In this document: positions 30,274 through 38,890 of the stretch, piece by piece | How the letters are laid out: the number at the start of each line of letters is the position of its first letter | How positions within the stretch are numbered: position 1 is the first letter of the stretch | Source: a virus | IMG/VR virus record: IMGVR_UViG_3300008117_000025 | Coordinates: 64,001 to 128,000 of that record | Direction: 5' to 3' (one strand) | DNA length: 64,000 nucleotides | Notes under the pieces: generated by a model | What the model was told of the DNA's origin: nothing | What the model saw: only the letters and a program-made list of their open reading frames with translations | Databases searched by the model: none | Program-made: the position numbers and the translations under genes

Positions 30274-33200
30274 TTAGTTTATTCTTTTTAGGTATCCGTC
30301 TGGGTTGAAAGTAGAATTGGTTCCAAAATAATCACACCAATGTCTGTCTATAACAAAATCAGAATTTGTTTGCAAAAATTCATTAATAGCTTTACGAGGC
30401 CCTCCATTGTAAGTATCAGAAAGACCAGTAAAATCAATCACTCCATCTTCAACAATAAAGTAAGAATCTTTAGATACAATTTTACTAAATTTATTTAGGG
30501 ATTTTAATACATCTTCATAAGTGTGAGATCCATCATCTATAACTAGTATTTTTTCAAACCCTTTAGTATTTTTTTCTATATCATATTCTTCAAAACCACC
30601 ATAGAAAAACTTAATTTGACTATGATTAAATACTTTTTGATCGTGTATTTCATTATAGAGATTAATTGTATGAACTTCTCCTTTTCCTAATAAATACAAC
30701 AAATCAGCATAATATAAAGCTCCCCCACCCATATAGGTTCCGATTTCTATGATTAGGTCTGGTTTAATAGACATAATTAGCATTTGGTAGAGAGCATAAT
30801 CCATAGGGCATTTTAAATAGGGAACCTCCTTATATTGTACTGCAAAATGTCCACTATATATGTCTTGTAAATTTATATTAGATTCATGTACTAGGAAATT
30901 TTTATTCACATCTGGGTAAGCAGAGGTTATTACTTGGCTTTGCTTTGTAGTTACTTCTACTTTCCAGTCATGGCTTCTTTCTCCATAGGCACCATTGGGG
31001 GTAATTCTATAAACTCCTCCTACCCATTTATCATTTCTTCCTTTTCCTTTTTCTAAAAGTATAGTATTTAATGCCCAGTAAGCATCAAAAACATCTTCAT
31101 GGAAAAACCAATCAGGGAATTCCATGTCTTTAATAAGATTATTTCTAAACATAAAACCAAAAGAAATATAATTGGCTTTCATGTTATCTCTTAAGATTAC
31201 CTCTCCTTTTATACCCCAATAATAACTACTCATGAAATTATCATCACCAGGATTTTTTATATAATATCCAACACTGTAAACAGAATATTCTTTATTATTC
31301 TTTAAAAAGTTTATCTGTTTTTGTAATTTACTTTTATCGACATAGTAATCATCACCATCTAGAATAGTAACATATTCAGAACTAATTTTCTTTAAAAGAT
31401 CATAGGTCCTACGAATGACAGCTCCTTGATTTTTTTCATTTCTGTGTAGGATTACATTTGGAATATCTTTATATTTTTGTATGATATTCCAAGTATTATC
31501 TGTAGAGCAATCATCAGATATTAAGATATTGAAGTTAAATAATGTTTGTTGCATTAAAACACTATCAATACATTGTTCAATATATTCTTCATGATTGTAT
31601 GTAGGAATAAGTACAGTTAGTAACTTTTCCTCAGGAGATTTTTTAGCAAAAATAGTTCCAATAGGAGAAGATTTATATGCTTCTTCTATAATACTGTTGT
31701 TGTTTTCAGTATTTTGATCCCTAATTTGATCAACATCAAATCCCTTTTTAACTAAGGTTTGAATTAATTTTTCTACTCTTTCACCTTCATTATCATGAAA
31801 TTCTATAAGAAGATTATCTATTTTTTCAAAAATTTCATCTTCAAGATTTTCTATAATATCATATTCAGCCCCTTCAATATCCATCTTTAATAATGATAAT
31901 CTTTCAATATTATTTTGATCAAAGAATGTTTTTAAAGACACAGCAGGTACAGTTATTTGTTTTACCTCACTACCATTATTTTTAATATGATCTTCAGATA
32001 TACTTCCGATTGTAGTATTACTTGGGTCTATATAGAAAGTAAGATCTTCATCTTTAGTGTATATAGCTTTATCTATTACTTCTACATTTAAATCTTTTAC
32101 TAAGCAATTCAAATTAATTAACGATTCTTGATTAGGTTCAAATGCATAAACTTTTTTAGCTCCTTTATTAATTGCTAAAAGTGAAAATAATCCACTATTT
32201 GCTCCAACATCAAAAACAGTTTCCATTTTATCTAACTCATAGCAATCATATTTGTTCTGGAGGAACATTTCTCGATAATTGTTGAATAAACAATCAAATG
32301 GATTATCAATATTTAGTTTTACTTCTTTTTTAATAACATTTTTAACAAATAAATCCTTTAAAAATAAGAAGTTATCATTTTCATCATAAAATTCAACCGT
32401 TATAGTTCCTACAGCCGGGTCAGTAGCAAAATTTATGGATGATGTTGGTGTTGGAATTACCCACCAACTGCTATAGTTTATAAAAGTAACGGGAAACCAA
32501 TAGAGAGGAGCATTAGAATCTTTTTCCTTAATAGAAATTTTATAGGAATTAGGTTCAGCCCTTTTATAATTTATCGAAATTTTATTTTCTTCAGGTTGAA
32601 TATCAACATCAAAATAATTGCTTATGCTATTTGTGTTCATTTTTATATTTAGTTTGTTTAATATTTTTTCTATGTTTTGATTTTTATCACTAAAGTTTAA
32701 ATATTCAATATTATCGTACTTATTAAAGTAGTTTAAATATACGTCCAAATTATAAATTAAAGAAGGAACTCTCCAACTAATAGCTTCTCTAATTACTAAA
32801 GGCATTGTTTCTTTATCATTGATATGTCCTCTAGAAGTAAATAAGAATAGATCAGCCATTTGATAAAATGCATCTACATCACTTCTTTCTCCCCACCATT
32901 TACAGTTAGGAGGAAAATCCTTCATTATTGGTTCCCAATAATATTTAAAATTATCAGCTTGATTACCAATAAAATGGAATTGAATTGGATAATCCTGCAT
33001 TTGTTTTGCGTATTCAACAACTTCGGCTTGATTTTTTCTAGAGGTAAACAAACCTACATTAATAACATGTTTTTTATTAGGATCTAATCCTAACTCAGCT
33101 AATAATTCTTCTCTAGATTTTGTTTTTGTTTTGTATTCAATTGGGTATTCTACTAATTCACAAGGTATATTCAATGGTTTATATGCTTCAACTTGATATT

Positions 33201-33603
33201 GACTAACCATTGCAAAGTGATCAGGAAAGTGTTTTTTATTTGATATATCAAAACTAGAATCATGAGAAGTTTCAACTATCTTATATTTTCTATTTGAATT
33301 ATATAACTTTACAGCTAAATCATATGGCATAAACATTTCAGGAATTTCCTGGAGGTGAATAACATCTGGGTTTATTTTTTCAATATGTTCAAATAGTTTT
33401 TCTCTGGGTTCTCCTAGGGTAATTAGTCTGTTTCCCAATAAGTTGACGACTCTATTACGTTGAACTACTAAAACACCCCCTGTAATGTTATCCCATTCAA
33501 TACACCATACTTCACAACTTTCATTTAAAACCTCCATTTGTTTGTAAAGGTATTGAGGCATTCCTCCTGTAGATAGGTGAGGAGCAATAAAAAGTATTTT
33601 CAT
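30274..33603 (-). CDS. four-domain fusion: GT4 - FkbM methyltransferase - GT2 - CmcI-like O-methyltransferase
   Basis: HLSTGGMPQY and ETMPLVIREA (GT4); DVGANSG, AFEPN, KMDIEGAEY (FkbM); IPTYNHE, LDGDDY (GT2); KPDLIIEIGT, IDDGSH, VEDG (CmcI). Confidence 0.85.
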   Translation of the reverse strand: MKILFIAPHLSTGGMPQYLYKQMEVLNESCEVWCIEWDNITGGVLVVQRNRVVNLLGNRLITLGEPREKLFEHIEKINPDVIHLQEIPEMFMPYDLAVKLYNSNRKYKIVETSHDSSFDISNKKHFPDHFAMVSQYQVEAYKPLNIPCELVEYPIEYKTKTKSREELLAELGLDPNKKHVINVGLFTSRKNQAEVVEYAKQMQDYPIQFHFIGNQADNFKYYWEPIMKDFPPNCKWWGERSDVDAFYQMADLFLFTSRGHINDKETMPLVIREAISWRVPSLIYNLDVYLNYFNKYDNIEYLNFSDKNQNIEKILNKLNIKMNTNSISNYFDVDIQPEENKISINYKRAEPNSYKISIKEKDSNAPLYWFPVTFINYSSWWVIPTPTSSINFATDPAVGTITVEFYDENDNFLFLKDLFVKNVIKKEVKLNIDNPFDCLFNNYREMFLQNKYDCYELDKMETVFDVGANSGLFSLLAINKGAKKVYAFEPNQESLINLNCLVKDLNVEVIDKAIYTKDEDLTFYIDPSNTTIGSISEDHIKNNGSEVKQITVPAVSLKTFFDQNNIERLSLLKMDIEGAEYDIIENLEDEIFEKIDNLLIEFHDNEGERVEKLIQTLVKKGFDVDQIRDQNTENNNSIIEEAYKSSPIGTIFAKKSPEEKLLTVLIPTYNHEEYIEQCIDSVLMQQTLFNFNILISDDCSTDNTWNIIQKYKDIPNVILHRNEKNQGAVIRRTYDLLKKISSEYVTILDGDDYYVDKSKLQKQINFLKNNKEYSVYSVGYYIKNPGDDNFMSSYYWGIKGEVILRDNMKANYISFGFMFRNNLIKDMEFPDWFFHEDVFDAYWALNTILLEKGKGRNDKWVGGVYRITPNGAYGERSHDWKVEVTTKQSQVITSAYPDVNKNFLVHESNINLQDIYSGHFAVQYKEVPYLKCPMDYALYQMLIMSIKPDLIIEIGTYMGGGALYYADLLYLLGKGEVHTINLYNEIHDQKVFNHSQIKFFYGGFEEYDIEKNTKGFEKILVIDDGSHTYEDVLKSLNKFSKIVSKDSYFIVEDGVIDFTGLSDTYNGGPRKAINEFLQTNSDFVIDRHWCDYFGTNSTFNPDGYLKRIN

Positions 33604-33623
33604 AACTTATAAAACTAATTTAT

Positions 33624-33809
33624 TTATATTTCATTATTAATAGGAGCGGCTTTATATTGTCTTTCTGTTGGATCAGCTGATTGTAATTCAGCTGCTTTAT
33701 CTATTGCCTCTTGTTCAGTAGGGTAGATATATTCTGGGTCATTTGGGTTTAATTTGGCAACCCAAATTTGATCGTTTCCAGGGATAAATTGCATTAATAC
33801 TATATACAT
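33624..33809 (-). CDS. hypothetical protein (61 aa)
   Basis: TAATG coupling; ATATTTAT motif 21 nt upstream. Confidence 0.65.
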   Translation of the reverse strand: MYIVLMQFIPGNDQIWVAKLNPNDPEYIYPTEQEAIDKAAELQSADPTERQYKAAPINNEI

Positions 33810-34765
33810 TATTGTTTATTTATACTGTTATAAATATCATTTATATTAAACATTTCATTTGCATCTATATAAGGACATTCATGTAATATACCATCTAAAT
33901 TATAATCAAACATATATGAATCGATTAATTTAAGACCACCTTGTTTTGGTGGATTTGCTACAATATTGTTATGGATATCATATCCAAACACAACAGGTGA
34001 TGTACCAACCCATAACACAGTTGATGGAAGTTTAAAAGCAGCCGCGGCATGTTGCATGCAAGAATCAATTAATACACGTTTTTTAGCGTTTACCATCATA
34101 GCAAACAATTCCATATTCGTCATTGCTTTATCTATTACTTCAACACCATCTAATTTTTGTGAATCAGGTCTAGTAATTTGAAATATATGGTAATCTTTTT
34201 TATACTTATCTACTATTTGTTGAGAATAATCATACGGCATATCTCTAGCCCAAGAATAACCATATTTTTGACCAGTTAATGGACCACCATTAGTTTGTAA
34301 TATCATTGTTGGTTTATCTCTTAACCACAAACCAGTAGTCATTTTTTGAGCCATATTGACAAATATCTGTGGTTGTTGTCCCGTATAAGGTATATTTAAA
34401 ATATCACACCAATTGTTTATCAGGTGTTTTCTGCGCAGAATATGGTCAGTTTGGTTATATGGTTCTTGTTTAAAGAAAAGCGTATCTTTATCTTTTATAT
34501 AATCATCATAAAAGTAGGATTTATTTCCTGAGAAATAAACTCTATCAATAAATGGATTATTTAGAAAACATTCTGGATGAGATACAACCATAATTAATTT
34601 TCTATCGGGGTATGTTTCTTTTATTGTTTGGCATAGTGCTGTTGCAGCAATATTTTTTCCTAATCCTCCATCAATATGCCAAACTAAATATTTTTCTGTT
34701 TTTGGTGTTTCCGGTACAGAAATAATATTACCTTTTTTCTTCGCTTGGTAAGTGTATCCTTCCAT
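33809..34765 (-). CDS. GT9-like (ADP-heptose transferase fold) glycosyltransferase
   Basis: GGLGKNIAAT, FLNNPFIDRV, LIDSCMQHAAAAFKLPSTVLW. Confidence 0.75.
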   Translation of the reverse strand: MEGYTYQAKKKGNIISVPETPKTEKYLVWHIDGGLGKNIAATALCQTIKETYPDRKLIMVVSHPECFLNNPFIDRVYFSGNKSYFYDDYIKDKDTLFFKQEPYNQTDHILRRKHLINNWCDILNIPYTGQQPQIFVNMAQKMTTGLWLRDKPTMILQTNGGPLTGQKYGYSWARDMPYDYSQQIVDKYKKDYHIFQITRPDSQKLDGVEVIDKAMTNMELFAMMVNAKKRVLIDSCMQHAAAAFKLPSTVLWVGTSPVVFGYDIHNNIVANPPKQGGLKLIDSYMFDYNLDGILHECPYIDANEMFNINDIYNSINKQ

Positions 34766-35436
34766 TATCCTACTTTATTAAATAATAATTCAGTTAAACT
34801 ATGTTCATCACCAATTTTACCTTTTGGTAAAACATTAAATGCTAAACTTTTCCTTGTTAATTTACTTTTATTTACAGGAACAGAGTGAAATACATAAGAG
34901 GGAAATAACAATAATAATCCTGGAGTGTAATTAACTGAAAATGAATCCCAAGCGTATTGTGATTTTCTTCTATCTGATTGATATTTAGGTGCTAGGTAAG
35001 AAACATTTGTTCCTACAATTGGTTTATGAAATGAAATTGCAGGAATATCTTCATCTTCCTCACCATAATAAAATACACCTGAAATTAGGCTATTAGGGTG
35101 AGTATGCATTGTGTGGTGTTGGCCTGGGGATTTGTGTGAGATCCATGATTGTGAGAATGCATATTCATCGTATGCATACATCAATATTTCTTTTGCAAAA
35201 TGGAGTAAGGATTGCATTATAAAATCAGCTAATGGTTTGCATTCTTTATGTTCTAGAATATAAGTATCTTTTGAATGAAAACCATATTCGCTTGCTTTAC
35301 CTCCATCAATTAACTCACAGCTATCTAGATGTTTAATTGTTTTATCTAAATCACCATCAGTATAGACTGCTGTAAACAGAGGTGATGGAAATAGAGGTAA
35401 TACTTCAATTGTTTCTTTATTTAGCATAACGTCCAA
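34765..35436 (-). CDS. 2OG-Fe(II) oxygenase (TIGR02466-like)
   Basis: QSW, HTHPNSLISGVFY, FPSYVFHSV, RKSLAFN. Confidence 0.85.
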   Translation of the reverse strand: MDVMLNKETIEVLPLFPSPLFTAVYTDGDLDKTIKHLDSCELIDGGKASEYGFHSKDTYILEHKECKPLADFIMQSLLHFAKEILMYAYDEYAFSQSWISHKSPGQHHTMHTHPNSLISGVFYYGEEDEDIPAISFHKPIVGTNVSYLAPKYQSDRRKSQYAWDSFSVNYTPGLLLLFPSYVFHSVPVNKSKLTRKSLAFNVLPKGKIGDEHSLTELLFNKVG

Positions 35437-36070
35437 ATATTATTTCACTAATAGTTTCTTGATCACCTAATGTACCTTTAGTTAATGCATTAATACCTAA
35501 TGCTTTTCTTACTCTATTAGTATTATTAGGAGGAACACCGTGCATCAAATGCGAAGGAAATATAATAAGATTATTCTGCTTAGGTTGAAAGTATATTTCT
35601 TCTTGTGAATAAAGATGATCTTGATAATCAGCACATATTGAAGGTTCTAAATAGGAACGATGATATGATCTTACCTCTTTACTAAAACATATTGCTGAGT
35701 CTCCTTCTTGTACGTCATAGTAAAATACACCTGCAATTAGTGTGTTTGGGTGAGTGTGTGCTTTGTGAAATTGCCCTGGCATTTTGTATGTTAGCCAGGA
35801 TTGGGCAAACTGTAATTCATCATATGCATATCTCATAATGCCAGTAGCAAATTGATTGAAATGATACATTACAAAATCTGCTAATGGTTTACAAACAGGA
35901 TTATCAATTATATAACTATTTTTAGAGATCATTCCATAGCCACTACCGTGTGCTTCATTCATTTCACAACTATCAAGGTATTTTACTATTTCAGTTGTGT
36001 CACCGTCATATGTTGTAACATATAATGGTGTAGGAAATAAACTAAAAACATGCACATTATCCTTATTCAT
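35417..36070 (-). CDS. 2OG-Fe(II) oxygenase (TIGR02466-like)
   Basis: QSW, HTHPNTLIAGVFY, FPSHLMHGV, RKALGIN. Confidence 0.85.
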   Translation of the reverse strand: MNKDNVHVFSLFPTPLYVTTYDGDTTEIVKYLDSCEMNEAHGSGYGMISKNSYIIDNPVCKPLADFVMYHFNQFATGIMRYAYDELQFAQSWLTYKMPGQFHKAHTHPNTLIAGVFYYDVQEGDSAICFSKEVRSYHRSYLEPSICADYQDHLYSQEEIYFQPKQNNLIIFPSHLMHGVPPNNTNRVRKALGINALTKGTLGDQETISEIIFGRYAK

Positions 36071-36072
36071 AT

Positions 36073-36660
36073 TTAAGCATTTAAAGGAACAAAATTAAAA
36101 GCTACAGATATTCTTTCTTTATGACTTTCATTACGTTCAACATGGTGTTTAACCCAACTGGGAAATAAATAGAATGTGGATGTTTTAGCTTGTTTGCTAC
36201 AATTAAGAGCATTTGCCATTGTTTGCTCATTAATGTCTTTTAAAAAGAACTCAGCATTATCTCCTCTATGCAATACTAAATCACCCATATTTTCATCAGG
36301 TACATCTACATAATATACTCCGGACAGTACACTTTTTTGGTGGTCATGGAGTAAATTATAGTCATGATGACCATTAATATTAATCCATAAATTACCAAAT
36401 TTTAATTGTGTACCTGTATAACGATAGCAAACATCATTTACAAACACAGTCATATCATCTATTAGTGTTTGGAGTGAATCGGGTACGGGAAAAAGTAATT
36501 CGTTGCTGTGCCACCCTCCTCTATTAGAGATAGTAGCACCAGGTTTCTTTTCACGTACTTTTAAACAGTATTGTTTAATTTCATCGTTATCAATTCCAGA
36601 AACAGGACATTCCCACACTGGTGTTGCAAACCATAATTGTTCAAAAACCTTAAATTCCAT
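36073..36660 (-). CDS. 2OG-Fe(II) oxygenase (TIGR02466-like)
   Basis: SNRGGWHS, HDHQKSVLSGVYY, FPSWVKHHV, RISVAFN. Confidence 0.87.
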   Translation of the reverse strand: MEFKVFEQLWFATPVWECPVSGIDNDEIKQYCLKVREKKPGATISNRGGWHSNELLFPVPDSLQTLIDDMTVFVNDVCYRYTGTQLKFGNLWININGHHDYNLLHDHQKSVLSGVYYVDVPDENMGDLVLHRGDNAEFFLKDINEQTMANALNCSKQAKTSTFYLFPSWVKHHVERNESHKERISVAFNFVPLNA

Positions 36661-36672
36661 AACTATTATTTA

Positions 36673-37287
36673 TTATCTAAAGGGACGACCCCCTGTCCAA
36701 AAAACCAAACATTTTCTTGTTCCTTTTGTTATTGGTTTTACTCTATGCATACAGAAAGCAGGAAAAATAATTACATCACCTTTCTCTCTTGGTACAGTAA
36801 CAAAACCATCTTTACCACCCATCCAAATTTCAAATTCACCACCTTCATAATCAGTTGAATCTGATAATTGAACTGTCATTGCTAGTTTTCTTTTATTAAC
36901 ACCATATGCTCCAACATCCATATGCCAATCAAGATGACCTCCGTCTTCAGGATAAATAACATAGTGAATTGGATCAGTTACAACATCAATATCAAAATGA
37001 AATAAAGCATCGTTTGCTTGTAGTGCTAAAGGAAATAATAATTCATATAACCATTGAGAATGATTTGCTGGGGTGATGTAGGCAATATCTCTATTGTTTG
37101 TTCTGTAAGCATCTGTATCTGTACCTAATTCAGCAACACCTGTTCTGCCTTTAGAGAATTTGTAATTAGCATAAACCATATCCTCTAATTCTTTGATCAT
37201 TTGATCATTGAATACATTTTTAAAATAATAAAAATCATTCCAATTAGAAGTTGGTTTGAAATCGTTGTATGGTTTTAAAGGAAACAT
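36673..37287 (-). CDS. 2OG-Fe(II) oxygenase (PKHD / prolyl-hydroxylase-like)
   Basis: DWHMD, RKLAMTVQLSD, YEGGEF, HRVKPITKGTRKCLVFW. Confidence 0.88.
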   Translation of the reverse strand: MFPLKPYNDFKPTSNWNDFYYFKNVFNDQMIKELEDMVYANYKFSKGRTGVAELGTDTDAYRTNNRDIAYITPANHSQWLYELLFPLALQANDALFHFDIDVVTDPIHYVIYPEDGGHLDWHMDVGAYGVNKRKLAMTVQLSDSTDYEGGEFEIWMGGKDGFVTVPREKGDVIIFPAFCMHRVKPITKGTRKCLVFWTGGRPFR

Positions 37288-37290
37288 AAC

Positions 37291-37875
37291 TTACTTTTTA
37301 TAATGGGTATACCACCCTGTAAAAATATATTTTGTTTGTGTTGGTGAAGGAATTCCTCGGTGGGTATGAGTCCAATCAGTAGGCCAAATTAATAATTTGC
37401 CTTGTTCTGGTTGCTCGACATGATTTTGGTAATAGAATTGAGTTCCACCTCCATCATTTACTGTATTAAGATAAACCATCCAAACAAGCACTCTTGCCGA
37501 AGCAGGAATGCCTGCTCTTTCACAGTGCCACCCATAAAATGCTTCCCCAGGCTCATAGCGTTGCATATTAAATAAGGTATCTAATCTAAAGTCATCCATT
37601 TTTTGGAATGCTTGCTCGTGTCTAAAAATATACTTTGATATATTTTCTTCAACAACATCAACTAGATATCTTAAAGGTTTTCCCCAATCTGGGTGTTGTA
37701 GAAAGGTTGGATCAAAAGAAATATCCATTGATTTCTTCACATCGTGCTTTTGTACAACTTCTTCATTGTACCTAAAAGCACCAGGTTGCTTTAATGGAGA
37801 TTGCTCAAATAATTCTATAACCTCTTCACAAAACCCAGGATCTAAAGCCTTAGGGTTTGAATATATAAATTGCAT
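37291..37875 (-). CDS. 2OG-Fe(II) oxygenase (prolyl-4-hydroxylase-like)
   Basis: GWHCE, MVYLNTVNDGGGTQF, WTHTHRG, KYIFTGW. Confidence 0.87.
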   Translation of the reverse strand: MQFIYSNPKALDPGFCEEVIELFEQSPLKQPGAFRYNEEVVQKHDVKKSMDISFDPTFLQHPDWGKPLRYLVDVVEENISKYIFRHEQAFQKMDDFRLDTLFNMQRYEPGEAFYGWHCERAGIPASARVLVWMVYLNTVNDGGGTQFYYQNHVEQPEQGKLLIWPTDWTHTHRGIPSPTQTKYIFTGWYTHYKK

Positions 37876-38561
37876 TACTGCTTATTTTGTAACTGTTTTT
37901 GTGCCATAACTGCTTCGTGAGTTAAAGCATTTTGTTGTTTCAAACGCTCCATTGTTTGAAGCTGTCCCATTACATTTGCTACTTCGGTTGGGTCTGAGTG
38001 TTCATTTAATGCGCTTGCTCTGTAGGCTAATCTATGGTGTAAGCTAACGGCTTGATGTGTATTTACTTCTTTTGTATCAAATGACCCATCATCCAATTCT
38101 GTTTTTAATTTAGACCAAGTTTGAATTTCACGAACACGATCGTGAGCTACTTGTTCCATACAAGCTTTATTATATAGATTTTGATCTAAATCAATTTGAA
38201 GTGACATAATCTCCAATTGATCAGCAGCTTCTTCAGCTTCTTTCATTTTTTTCTCTAATTTAAGGCGTTCAACAGTTGAACGTCTCATATCAAATGAAAG
38301 ATTCATTAATGCATCAAAGTGAGCTGACATTTCTCTAACTGATTGCCAGTACTTAGCTGCTACTGTTGGAAATTTACCATCGTTAAGAACTGAAACACGC
38401 ATTTCGGTTTCTGTTCTAAAGATTTGTTTCTTATTCCAGTTGTCAGCTAATTCTTCTTTTAATTGAAGAATTTGTTGTGCATCATTTGGTTTAAGGATAG
38501 CAAGGATGTTCTTTAAATCTTCTGTAACTTGTATTTGGTTGTTTTCTGTGTTTTCAGACAT
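37875..38561 (-). CDS. coiled-coil hypothetical protein heading the oxygenase/GT operon
   Basis: Clean ORF, VLNDGKFPTxAAKYWQSVRE; promoter immediately upstream. Confidence 0.75.
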   Translation of the reverse strand: MSENTENNQIQVTEDLKNILAILKPNDAQQILQLKEELADNWNKKQIFRTETEMRVSVLNDGKFPTVAAKYWQSVREMSAHFDALMNLSFDMRRSTVERLKLEKKMKEAEEAADQLEIMSLQIDLDQNLYNKACMEQVAHDRVREIQTWSKLKTELDDGSFDTKEVNTHQAVSLHHRLAYRASALNEHSDPTEVANVMGQLQTMERLKQQNALTHEAVMAQKQLQNKQ

Positions 38562-38581
38562 AACAGATTTATTTTTATAAC

Positions 38582-38613
38582 TAAATATACGAAACTAAAT
38601 TTGTACTTCCAAA
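38582..38613 (-). promoter_or_regulatory. Bacteroidota sigma70-like promoter heading the oxygenase/glycosyltransferase island
   Basis: Minus strand TTTG GAAGTACAAATTTAGTTTCG TATATTTA, 20 nt upstream of ATG 38561. Confidence 0.7.
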
Positions 38614-38868
38614 TTAAGGAAGTACAATTGGTTGAGGATAAGGCATTCCAGATTCAGCAGTCCAATCTGCTTGTGCTTGTGCAACAACAGCATCAACAGC
38701 AGCTTGTGCTTCTGCTTGTGTTTTTTCAATAGCACTAACACGTGTTGCCCAAGTTGTGTTTTCAGTTACCCAAATATCGGCAGGATATCCCGCAACGTGA
38801 GCTAATTCGTTATCTTCATGGGTAATGAATCCTTTACCCCAATTAGTAGCTTGATAATAATAAGGCAT
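38614..38868 (-). CDS. hypothetical protein (84 aa), possible fibre accessory
   Basis: Directly downstream of the propeller fibre gene; own ATATTTAT motif. Confidence 0.65.
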   Translation of the reverse strand: MPYYYQATNWGKGFITHEDNELAHVAGYPADIWVTENTTWATRVSAIEKTQAEAQAAVDAVVAQAQADWTAESGMPYPQPIVLP

Positions 38869-38890
38869 ATTGTATTATTTACAATAAATA

